From: Flavobacteriales bacterium | Lineage (GTDB): Bacteria > Bacteroidota > Bacteroidia > Flavobacteriales > Flavobacteriaceae | Direction: 5' to 3' | NCBI GenBank assembly: GCA_024641135.1 | Contig: JAHEDS010000007.1 | Coordinates: 1 to 62,854 of the forward strand | DNA length: 62,854 nt | Shown: positions 53,428-61,877 of the stretch, piece after piece | Position numbering within the stretch: the stretch's first letter is position 1 | Layout: each line of letters starts with the position of its first letter | Notes under the pieces: generated by a model | What the model was told of the DNA's origin: nothing | The model's input: the letters and a program-made list of their open reading frames with translations, nothing else | Databases searched by the model: none | Position numbers and translations under genes: made by a program

Positions 53428-54135
53428 ATGCAACTTTTTTATAACCCTGAAATAACAGAATTAACCAAACAGTTTTCTTTTGATAAAGAAGAAAGCAAGC
53501 ATATTGTAAAAGTGTTGCGTAAAACAATTGGTGATACTTTATATATTACAAATGGTAAAGGATGGTTATTTACGGCTGAAATTGCAATTCCAGACATCAA
53601 AAATTGTTTAGTTACAATTACCAATAAAGAATTAAAAAAGAAACATAGTTATAATTTACATTTAGCAGTGGCACCTACTAAAATGAATGACCGCTACGAA
53701 TGGTTTCTTGAAAAAGCCACAGAAATTGGTATTGATACCATAACGCCAATAATCTGTGATCAAAGTGAGCGTAAAATAATTAAAATAGATAGGTTCGAAA
53801 AAATCATACAATCGGCCATGAAACAATCATTAAGCTGTTATTTACCAACTCTTAATAAAGCTATTTCTTTTAAGGAATTTATAAATCAAAAGTTCGATGC
53901 TCAACTATTTATTGCGCATTGCGAAGAAACAAACAAAAAATCATTAAAAGAATCCATTACTAAATCTAAAGACTACCTTATTTTAATTGGTCCAGAAGGT
54001 GATTTTAGTGTTAAAGAAATAAAAACAGCAATTGTTAATGGTTTTATTCCTGTAACTTTGGGAGAAACCAGGTTAAGAACAGAAACGGCGGCAATTGTTG
54101 CTTGCCATAGTGTGGCATTTATAAATCAGGTTTAG
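53428..54135 (+). CDS. rsmE: 16S rRNA m3U1498 methyltransferase
   Basis: HIVKVLR, EKATEIG, IGPEGDF and LRTETA. Confidence 0.95.
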   Translation: MQLFYNPEITELTKQFSFDKEESKHIVKVLRKTIGDTLYITNGKGWLFTAEIAIPDIKNCLVTITNKELKKKHSYNLHLAVAPTKMNDRYEWFLEKATEIGIDTITPIICDQSERKIIKIDRFEKIIQSAMKQSLSCYLPTLNKAISFKEFINQKFDAQLFIAHCEETNKKSLKESITKSKDYLILIGPEGDFSVKEIKTAIVNGFIPVTLGETRLRTETAAIVACHSVAFINQV

Positions 54136-54141
54136 CAATAA

Positions 54142-54786
54142 ATGAAATTAATTTACCCTAATTTATTCATTCTATTATTTTCTTTTGCTTTACAAGCTCA
54201 AGATGTTGCGCTTCTTAAATATAATGGCGGTGGCGACTGGTATGCAAACCCAACCTCTTTACCTAATTTAATTACTTTCTGTAATAATAACATCAATACA
54301 AAGATTAATCCGAAGCCAGAAACTGTAGACGTTGGTAGTAGTGATATTTTTCAATATCCTTTTTTACATATGACTGGACATGGAAATGTTTTTTTAAATG
54401 ATGATGAATCTGAAAATTTGAGAAATTATCTTACCTCTGGAGGTTTTTTACATATTGATGATAATTATGGAATGGAACCTTATTTAAGAAAAGAACTTAA
54501 AAAAGTATTTCCCGAACAAGACTTGGTTGAACTTTCAACTAATCACCCAATTTTTAATTGTTATTATAAATTCCCAAATGGACTTCCAAAAATCCATGAA
54601 CACGATGCAAAACGTCCTCAAGCCTTTGGGTTATTTTTTGAAGATCGCTTAATTTTATTATTTACTTATGAATCTGATTTAGGAGATGGTTGGGAAGATG
54701 AATCAGTACATAATGACCCTTTTGAATTAAGAGAAAAGGCACTTAAAATGGGAGCTAACATTGTTAAATATGCATTTGAAAATTAA
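54142..54786 (+). CDS. DUF4159 domain exported protein
   Basis: Signal peptide, GGGDWY, MTGHG, GGFLHIDDNYG and DLGDGWE. Confidence 0.85.
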   Translation: MKLIYPNLFILLFSFALQAQDVALLKYNGGGDWYANPTSLPNLITFCNNNINTKINPKPETVDVGSSDIFQYPFLHMTGHGNVFLNDDESENLRNYLTSGGFLHIDDNYGMEPYLRKELKKVFPEQDLVELSTNHPIFNCYYKFPNGLPKIHEHDAKRPQAFGLFFEDRLILLFTYESDLGDGWEDESVHNDPFELREKALKMGANIVKYAFEN

Positions 54787-54802
54787 TTATTAATACTAGC
54801 AT

Positions 54803-55303
54803 TTGCAACTCAATCATTACAATACAAGATTTAATAAGCACACCTTTCCTGTCACATTGGTCTCAGAAAATGTTACGAATGCTTCAAATATTGGCAGTTT
54901 ATTTAGAATGGCTGATGCTTTTGGTGTTGAAAAATTAATACTTTGCGGTGAAAATATTTCTCTTGGAAGAAAATTTACAAAAACTTCTAGAGCTACCGAA
55001 AAAGCAGTTAACCATGAGTTTCAAGAATCTGCTTACGATGTAGTAAACCTATTAAAAGCAAAAGGATATCAAATTATCTCATTAGAAATTTCTACTAAGA
55101 GCAAATCCATCAGCACTTTTAAATTTATTAAAAACCAGCCTATTGCACTTATTATAGGAGATGAAAATTTTGGTATTTCAGAAGCTATTTTAAATAATTC
55201 AAACCACGTCATTCATATTGATATGTATGGTCAAAACAGCAGTATGAACGTGGTTCAAGCTACTAATATTGCTTTATACGAAATCACAAAGCAAATGTTG
55301 TAA
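54803..55303 (+). CDS. TrmH/SpoU family RNA methyltransferase
   Basis: NIGSLFRMADAFG, IGDENFGI and SMNV. TTG start. Confidence 0.9.
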   Translation: MQLNHYNTRFNKHTFPVTLVSENVTNASNIGSLFRMADAFGVEKLILCGENISLGRKFTKTSRATEKAVNHEFQESAYDVVNLLKAKGYQIISLEISTKSKSISTFKFIKNQPIALIIGDENFGISEAILNNSNHVIHIDMYGQNSSMNVVQATNIALYEITKQML

Positions 55304-55325
55304 TCTCTTTTCTTATATTTACTAC

Positions 55326-56414
55326 ATGAATTCAAAAATTATAGCAAACGGTATATTAAGGGCAATTGGAATAGTCTTTGGAATTTATTTGATTTTGTAT
55401 TTTTTATTTAAAATACAATCTGTTTTAGTTTATATTTCAATAGCGGTTGTAATTTCATTAATTGGCAGACCAATCGTGTTTTTTTTACAGAAAAAGCTGA
55501 AATTTAAAAATACGTTTGCAGTTATTTTTACAATGCTCATTTTAATAGGCCTTTTTGTTGGACTGGTATTCTTATTCATTCCATTAATTATTGAACAAGG
55601 TCATAACTTATCTTTGTTAGATATTAATAAATTACAATCTAATTTTGAAAATTTATACCAAGAAGTAATTGCTTATTTTGAAATTAATAATATTAATATT
55701 CAACAATCTTTTGAAAATTACAACTTACTTTCCAAAATTGATTATTCAATTATTCCCGATTTCTTAAATACGGTTATAAGTAGCCTTGGAAGTTTTAGTA
55801 TAGGCTTTTTTTCAGTGCTATTTATATCCTTTTTCTTTTTAAAGGATAGTAAACTATTCGAAAATGGTGTTTTAATTTTTATACCGGATTCAAAAGAATC
55901 CCAATTGACGAATTCCTTTAATAAAATTAAAGATTTGCTTTCCAGATATTTTGTTGGTCTTATCTTCCAAATGCTTATTTTATTTACAATTTATACAGTT
56001 GGTTTGCTTATTGTAGGTGTTGAAAATGCCTTTGTTATTGCTTTTTTATGTGCTCTATTAAATCTCGTGCCATATGTAGGACCATTAGTTGGTGGTTTTT
56101 TAATGATTACACTTACTATGACAAGCTCACTTGGAGATTCGTTAGGAACCATTATTATTTCAAATGTAATTTGGACTTTTGTTGTATTTATCTGCGGTCA
56201 ACTAGTAGATAATTTTTTCAGCCAACCTTTTATTTTTTCGAAAAGTGTGAAATCACATCCTTTAGAAATTTTCTTGGTTATTTTAATTGCCGGCTTATTA
56301 TTTGGAATTGTTGGACTTATTGTAGCTGTTCCTGCTTATACGGCCATTAAAGTAATTTTAAAAGAATTTTTATCTGAAAACCAAATAGTCAATAAGCTAA
56401 CCAAAGGCTTATAA
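55326..56414 (+). CDS. AI-2E (PerM) family transporter
   Basis: Multi-TM with PYVGP, QLVDN and HPLEI. ATG 55326 preferred over the track start at 55269. Confidence 0.9.
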   Translation: MNSKIIANGILRAIGIVFGIYLILYFLFKIQSVLVYISIAVVISLIGRPIVFFLQKKLKFKNTFAVIFTMLILIGLFVGLVFLFIPLIIEQGHNLSLLDINKLQSNFENLYQEVIAYFEINNINIQQSFENYNLLSKIDYSIIPDFLNTVISSLGSFSIGFFSVLFISFFFLKDSKLFENGVLIFIPDSKESQLTNSFNKIKDLLSRYFVGLIFQMLILFTIYTVGLLIVGVENAFVIAFLCALLNLVPYVGPLVGGFLMITLTMTSSLGDSLGTIIISNVIWTFVVFICGQLVDNFFSQPFIFSKSVKSHPLEIFLVILIAGLLFGIVGLIVAVPAYTAIKVILKEFLSENQIVNKLTKGL

Positions 56415-56421
56415 TTTTAGG

Positions 56422-57603
56422 TTGAATAAAGCTTTATTACATACTGATATTCAAGATTTTATAAATAATAATCTAAATACAGATATTACATCTCTAATAC
56501 TAAAAGGCACTCCATTCATTACAGTTGACACAAAGGAAATAATTGAGCAAATTGAATCAAAAAAAAAGTGTCAATTCAAATTACCAACTTGGTTTCAAAC
56601 AAAACTTATTTTCTTTCCTAATAAATTAAACATAGAGCAAACTTCTTCAGAAATTACAGCCAACTATAAATCTAAATTAATTGAAGGTAACTCATTAATT
56701 GATATAACCGGTGGTTTTGGTGTAGACTGTTTTTATTTTTCAAAACAATTTAAAAACGTAGTACATTGTGAATTAGATAGTCAACTATCAGAAATTGTAA
56801 ACTATAATTTTAAGCAGTTAGGGGTTTCAAATATTGAAACAATAAACAGTGATGGAATTCAATTCTTAAAGCAAAAAGCCAAACTTGTAGATTGGGTCTA
56901 TGCAGATCCTTCCAGAAGACATGATAGCAAAGGAAAAGTATTTTTTCTTAACGATTGCTTACCTAATATACCAGAAGACTTAGAAACAATTTTTAAGTAT
57001 ACAAACAACCTATTGATTAAAACATCTCCTTTGCTAGATTTGACAGTAGGCATTAATGAGTTAAAGTTTGTAAAGTGTATTCATATTGTAGCTGTGAACA
57101 ACGAAGTAAAAGAATTACTTTGGGTTTTAGAAAAAGACTTTTTAAATGATATCTCTATTAAAACCATTAATATCATAAAGGATGAAACCAATAAATTCGA
57201 TTTTATTTTAAATGATGAAAAACAATATGATTCAGAATATTCATTACCTCTTGAGTACTTATACGAACCTAATGCAGCAATTTTAAAAGCAGGAGCCTTT
57301 AATGTTATTACAAAACAATTAGAAGTTTATAAACTTCATAAAAACTCTCATTTATACACAAGTAAATTACTAATTGATTTTCCTGGACGGCGTTTTAAAA
57401 TTGAGGAGGTATTACCCTATAATATAAAAAACTTAAAAAGGAAAGGCTTTAAAAAGGCAAATATAACCACTAGGAATTTTCCGGAAACTGTTCAGGAGAT
57501 TAGAAAAAAATCAAATATAAAAGATGGTGGTGAAAAGTATCTGTTTTTTTCAACAGATAACGAGAACAATAAAATTATTATTATAACTTCAAAAATATTA
57601 TAA
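56422..57603 (+). CDS. Class I SAM-dependent methyltransferase with THUMP-like C-terminus
   Basis: EQTSS, DITGGFGVD, DPSRR, YLYEPNAAILKAG and RNFP. Confidence 0.88.
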   Translation: MNKALLHTDIQDFINNNLNTDITSLILKGTPFITVDTKEIIEQIESKKKCQFKLPTWFQTKLIFFPNKLNIEQTSSEITANYKSKLIEGNSLIDITGGFGVDCFYFSKQFKNVVHCELDSQLSEIVNYNFKQLGVSNIETINSDGIQFLKQKAKLVDWVYADPSRRHDSKGKVFFLNDCLPNIPEDLETIFKYTNNLLIKTSPLLDLTVGINELKFVKCIHIVAVNNEVKELLWVLEKDFLNDISIKTINIIKDETNKFDFILNDEKQYDSEYSLPLEYLYEPNAAILKAGAFNVITKQLEVYKLHKNSHLYTSKLLIDFPGRRFKIEEVLPYNIKNLKRKGFKKANITTRNFPETVQEIRKKSNIKDGGEKYLFFSTDNENNKIIIITSKIL

Positions 57604-57651
57604 AAAAAAGGACAGACGACAATATCCTTCCAAAAACTGTCTTCTATCCTT
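57602..57651 (-). terminator. Long hairpin plus U-tract (minus strand)
   Basis: AAGGAUAGA-A-GACAGU / AUUGUC-G-UCUGUCCUU with a 12-nt loop, running into U8. The two G-U pairs form only on the minus strand. Confidence 0.75.
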
Positions 57652-57678
57652 TAAAATTGCTATTAACATTAAGTTAAA

Positions 57679-57722
57679 CAAAATTAAATTATACAATTTT
57701 AAAAAAACATGACAAATGTTAA
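57679..57722 (-). promoter_or_regulatory. Degenerate FNR-like box plus -7 element, pointing into the intergenic hairpin
   Basis: TTAAC-ATTT-GTCAT (57709-57722), 22 nt, TAATTTTG (57679-57686). Confidence 0.55.
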
Positions 57723-57734
57723 CTTTTGCCTTTT

Positions 57735-58574
57735 TTATTCATGTAATACTAAAAATGGGATATCGGTATGGTAGCTTATTTCCTTTATAGTTGGATGAAA
57801 TAATATACGTTGAAAATAATTCAAGTTTTTAGCAACCATGGTTATAAGGTTAACTTTTCTTTTTTCAACAAACGCCTGAATGGCAGACTCAATGCTGTTA
57901 TCAGTTATATTATAAAAGCTGTAGTTGTTGTTTGTAAAATAATTTTCTAGATTTCCTTTATTTATCTGCTGGTCTAAATTTAAGTAAATTCCTTTTTTAC
58001 TAATATGTAAAACACTAATAGATGCTTCAAATTGTTCTAAAATCTCCAAAATTGGATGTAGTAATTCAATTGAATTAAAGGACGAAAAATCTGTTGGAAA
58101 TGCAATTTGTTTTGGAGTTACATATTTTGCATTTTCTGGCACGACTAAAGTTGAACAATGTACCCTGGTAAGAACAGCTCCGGTATTGCTTCCTATAATT
58201 ATTTTTTTAAGTCCAGAAGCCCCTTTAGTTCCCATTACAATCATGTCTATTTTCTTTTCAGAAACATGTTTTCTAATCGAATCTATAAAATAATTATAAT
58301 CTGTAAGTGAAAAGAAATTATGTTTATCGTTATCCGAAATACTATTAATTTTATTTAGAGCCTCTTTTAAATTTGCATTAGCAGGCTTAATAAATGCTTC
58401 TTCAATAACTTCTTGTGTTGGCATATAAGTTGTATCTGCAACCACAAGCGTATTTATAGTATTTACATGCAATAAATAGAAATTACAATAAGAATTTTCA
58501 AAAAACTTTAAGGCATACTCAATAGCATTCCATGAATTTTTTGAAAAATCTGTTGGGATTAAAATATTTTTCAT
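57735..58574 (-). CDS. Universal stress protein (tandem Usp domains)
   Basis: MKNILIPTDFS, DMIVMGTKG, IGSNT, second IAFPTDFS and IPFLVL. ATG 58574. Confidence 0.95.
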   Translation of the reverse strand: MKNILIPTDFSKNSWNAIEYALKFFENSYCNFYLLHVNTINTLVVADTTYMPTQEVIEEAFIKPANANLKEALNKINSISDNDKHNFFSLTDYNYFIDSIRKHVSEKKIDMIVMGTKGASGLKKIIIGSNTGAVLTRVHCSTLVVPENAKYVTPKQIAFPTDFSSFNSIELLHPILEILEQFEASISVLHISKKGIYLNLDQQINKGNLENYFTNNNYSFYNITDNSIESAIQAFVEKRKVNLITMVAKNLNYFQRILFHPTIKEISYHTDIPFLVLHE

Positions 58575-58595
58575 TGCTTTTGCACTAACCAAAAA

Positions 58596-58639
58596 CAAAA
58601 ATATGTTTAGACAGCATCACAAAAAATGATATAAATCAT
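58596..58639 (-). promoter_or_regulatory. usp promoter: FNR-like box plus -7 element
   Basis: ATGAT-N4-ATCAT (58626-58639), 22 nt, TATTTTTG (58596-58603). Confidence 0.75.
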
Positions 58640-58662
58640 ATTGTAATACTTTAAAACAAAAC

Positions 58663-59721
58663 TTAATTTATTTGTTGAAGTTTTTGAATGTCTAAAATTT
58701 TAATATTTCTGGCCTCAATTTCAATGAGACCATCTTTTTTAAAACTCGACAACGTCCTAATTAAGGTTTCTGTAGCAATCCCTGCAACACTGGCAAGGTC
58801 ATTTCTAGAAATTCTAATGGCTTCTCCAGATTTATTATTTAATTTTTCAGCAAATTTCAATATTGTAGAAGCTGTTTTTTTATTTACAGAGCTATAAGCC
58901 ATATCTAATAATTGGTCTCTTGCTCCAGATAAATTATCTGTTAACAACTGAATAAGTTCTAAAGTTATTTTATGATTATTATCTAAAACATCTTTTAATT
59001 CTTGCTTTGAAACACCAACTAATTCAGTGTTTTTTATTGCAGTTGCTGATTCCTGATATGGAATGTTTTGAGTAAATGAGGTATATCCAAAAAGCTCATC
59101 TTCCTGATACAAATTGGTAGTTAGCTCTTTACCATCATTATCAAACTTAAAGTTTTTTACAACCCCTTTTCTAATCAAATAAATGTAATTGGAGTTATTT
59201 CCTTCTTCGTAAATTATTTCACCTTTTGAATAAAAGAATGACTTACCATTATCATCAAAAAAATTTTTTAAATCATTTAATGTTTTAATTTCATCATTTG
59301 AATCATTTTCATTTTGGAATGCTCCTATGTCTTGGCGTTCTTCAGAAAGGATGGCAGCTTTAGCTATTCTGCTTTCTATGGCGCTAATTAATTCCTCTTC
59401 ATTAAATGGCTTTGTTATATAATCATCAGCACCCAGATCCATTCCTTTTCTAATATCTTGACGTTCTGTTTTGGCTGACAAAAAGATAAAAGGAATAAAC
59501 TTTGTTGCATCAATTTTTGACAAACTTTCCAAAACACCGTACCCATCCAATTCTGGCATCATGATATCGCAAACAATTAAGTTTGGTAAATACTTTTTAG
59601 CCACTTCAACCCCAGCTCGTCCATTTGATGCTGTTTCTACTTTATAACCAGATAGTTCTAAAAGTTCAGCGGTATTCTCTCTTAAAACAATATCATCCTC
59701 TATTAGTAATATCTTTTTCAT
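58663..59721 (-). CDS. Response regulator: REC domain fused to Crp/Fnr cNMP-like domain and HTH
   Basis: IEDD, CDIMMP and KPF in REC. Crp beta-roll (IIYEEG...YIYLIRKG...LFG). HTH ISRNDLASVAGIATETLIRTL. Confidence 0.92.
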   Translation of the reverse strand: MKKILLIEDDIVLRENTAELLELSGYKVETASNGRAGVEVAKKYLPNLIVCDIMMPELDGYGVLESLSKIDATKFIPFIFLSAKTERQDIRKGMDLGADDYITKPFNEEELISAIESRIAKAAILSEERQDIGAFQNENDSNDEIKTLNDLKNFFDDNGKSFFYSKGEIIYEEGNNSNYIYLIRKGVVKNFKFDNDGKELTTNLYQEDELFGYTSFTQNIPYQESATAIKNTELVGVSKQELKDVLDNNHKITLELIQLLTDNLSGARDQLLDMAYSSVNKKTASTILKFAEKLNNKSGEAIRISRNDLASVAGIATETLIRTLSSFKKDGLIEIEARNIKILDIQKLQQIN

Positions 59722-60962
59722 TTTATAGCTTTGTTTGGTATGGTGAAATTAAATTTGGTTCCAACGTGCTCTTCGCTTATAAATTTAATCTTACCTCCTA
59801 AATTTTCTAAATGTGTTTTTACAATATTTAATCCAATGCCAGTTCCTTGGGATAACAAAGCATTTTCTGCCCTAAAATAACGATTAAATATGTTTTTTAT
59901 ATCTTTTTCAGGAATTCCGATGCCTTCATCTCTTATAATAAAGGTAGTATTTTCGTAATCCTGAATAACATCAATATCAATCGTGGTATTTTCTGGAGAA
60001 TATTTTATAGCATTATGTACTAAATTAGAGAGTGCTAATTCTACAATTTTCTCATCCTGAAATAAAGACATATCATCTATATTTTCTGGATAATTAATTC
60101 GTTGCCCTTCTTTTAATAATAAATTAGAATTATAAACTACTTCATTAATTACCTTACTTAATTTAAACTCCTTGTAATTATATTTAATCTTACCTGTTTC
60201 AAGTTTATCAATAGATAAAAAGTCGTTTAAAATATTGTTGAGATAATGAACTCTATCTGTAATTGTTTTTATGTGTTTATCTCTATTTTCCTGCTGTTCT
60301 GTTAATTTGTATTTACCAAGTAACATAGTTGAAGTTAAAATACCACTTAAAGGTGTTTTAAACTCATGAGAAACAAGAGATAAGAATTTAGTTTTTAACT
60401 CATTAAGTTCAATTTCTTTTTTTAATGCAGTTTTTGTTTTTAATTCTGCTTCAATTCGTTTTTTGTTTTCTGCTTCAAGTCTAGAATTTACCGCTCTTAA
60501 TTCATCAACGGCATTTATAAGTTCCCGAGTTCGTCTTAAAACTTTATCTTCTAATTGAATATTTAAATCCAAAATTTGCTGCTCTTGCTCTTTTCTTATA
60601 GAAACATCTATAACCAATGCCATAACATATGTCATGTCATTATATTTAAAAGGGTTAAGTCCTATTTCTAAAGGAAAAATACTGCAATCTTTTCGCAATC
60701 CATTAAGGTCACGCCCCTTCCCCATATTCCTGCTAACATTTTGATGAATAAATCCTTCTACATGTTCTTTATGACCCTCACGATAATTTTTTGGTATTAA
60801 AACATTCAGTTCTTTACCAATTAATTCTTTACTTTCATAACCAAACATTTGTTCAACTGCAACATTGGTAGCCACAATATTTCGAGATTCATCAACGACA
60901 ATAACACCTTCAGAAACTGCTTCAAAAAGTAAATTAAAAACGTCTTGATTCTTTTGAAACAT
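59718..60962 (-). CDS. Soluble PAS histidine kinase, FixL-like heme-PAS
   Basis: PAS LIPKNYREGH...MGKGR...RKDCSIFP, H-box SHEFKTPL, NAIKYS, DEGIG and GTGIGL. No TM. 4-nt overlap with the regulator. Confidence 0.9.
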   Translation of the reverse strand: MFQKNQDVFNLLFEAVSEGVIVVDESRNIVATNVAVEQMFGYESKELIGKELNVLIPKNYREGHKEHVEGFIHQNVSRNMGKGRDLNGLRKDCSIFPLEIGLNPFKYNDMTYVMALVIDVSIRKEQEQQILDLNIQLEDKVLRRTRELINAVDELRAVNSRLEAENKKRIEAELKTKTALKKEIELNELKTKFLSLVSHEFKTPLSGILTSTMLLGKYKLTEQQENRDKHIKTITDRVHYLNNILNDFLSIDKLETGKIKYNYKEFKLSKVINEVVYNSNLLLKEGQRINYPENIDDMSLFQDEKIVELALSNLVHNAIKYSPENTTIDIDVIQDYENTTFIIRDEGIGIPEKDIKNIFNRYFRAENALLSQGTGIGLNIVKTHLENLGGKIKFISEEHVGTKFNFTIPNKAIK

Positions 60963-61087
60963 GAGTTATTTGGATTAAAATTTAAGTTTCCAAAAGTACA
61001 AAAAAATATAAATCTATAAATTAAGAATATGGTTAACTTATGTTAAATATTAAAGCCTTTATAAATTCTTTATTATTAACGTTTTAT

Positions 61088-61131
61088 ATGATAAAAATCA
61101 TATGCATACTATCAAATACTTAATAATTTTA
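61088..61131 (+). promoter_or_regulatory. FNR-like box plus imperfect -7 element upstream of the flavin-binding protein gene
   Basis: ATGAT-AAAA-ATCAT (61088-61101), 22 nt, TAATTTTA (61124-61131). Confidence 0.7.
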
Positions 61132-61178
61132 GCTTAGATAATAAGTTTATAATATTTTATAATTTTAAATAAAAAGTT

Positions 61179-61634
61179 ATGTTTGATAAAATTAGTAACG
61201 AAGAATCTTTACAAATACTAAAGTGTAACTATATAGCACACTTGGCATATATATCAAATAATACACCTTTTATTTTACCGATAACTTATTATTATGACTC
61301 AAAAGAAAACACTATTATTAGCTATTCAAGCGAAGGTCATAAGATAAATGCTATGCGCATAAATAGGGCTGCATCAGTTCAAGTAGAAGAAATTGAATCG
61401 ATTAATAACTGGAAATCTGTTCTATTAATTGGAGAATTTGAAGAAATTAAGGGAAGTGAAGCTAAAATGTATCTACACAACTTTGCATTTAATGTTAAGA
61501 ATGTAATTGCAAAAAAAGAAGCAATAAATCTAAACGCCATAAGAACTTTTTCCAGTAAATTAGATTCAGACACTGCCCCAATTATTTACCGTATTAGAGT
61601 ACAAGAAATTATTGGAAGAAAAAGATTTCATTAA
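61179..61634 (+). CDS. Pyridoxamine 5'-phosphate oxidase-like (NimA-type) flavin-binding split-barrel protein
   Basis: AHLAY...PFILPITY, EGHKI and WKSVL pattern. Confidence 0.85.
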   Translation: MFDKISNEESLQILKCNYIAHLAYISNNTPFILPITYYYDSKENTIISYSSEGHKINAMRINRAASVQVEEIESINNWKSVLLIGEFEEIKGSEAKMYLHNFAFNVKNVIAKKEAINLNAIRTFSSKLDSDTAPIIYRIRVQEIIGRKRFH

Positions 61635-61708
61635 TTTATACTTAAATCAAATATATTCCTTCAATAAAATTATTACAGATTCTAAAACTCTAATTATTAG
61701 GTGTTGTA

Positions 61709-61790
61709 ATGACATAAATCATTTGTTTTACAATTATAAATAAACACTGACAAAAATCATATTTATACTTAGTTTCTTAGTTTAAATTTG
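61709..61790 (+). promoter_or_regulatory. Two FNR-like boxes plus -7 element upstream of the FadL-like gene
   Basis: ATGAC-ATAA-ATCAT (61709-61722), CTGAC-AAAA-ATCAT (61747-61760), 22 nt, TAAATTTG (61783-61790). Confidence 0.75.
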
Positions 61791-61877
61791 TTGAGAATTT
61801 TTAACAATTAATACTTATTAAGTTTTAAATCCTTATTTATCAATAATTTTTTAATCTGTTTTACAAATATTAAAATC

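Noticed and set aside
57679-61790. Repeated 14-mers as a CRISPR array or mobile-element ends
   Set aside because: They are too short, irregularly spaced and lack cas or transposase genes. Their fixed distance to promoter elements fits operators.
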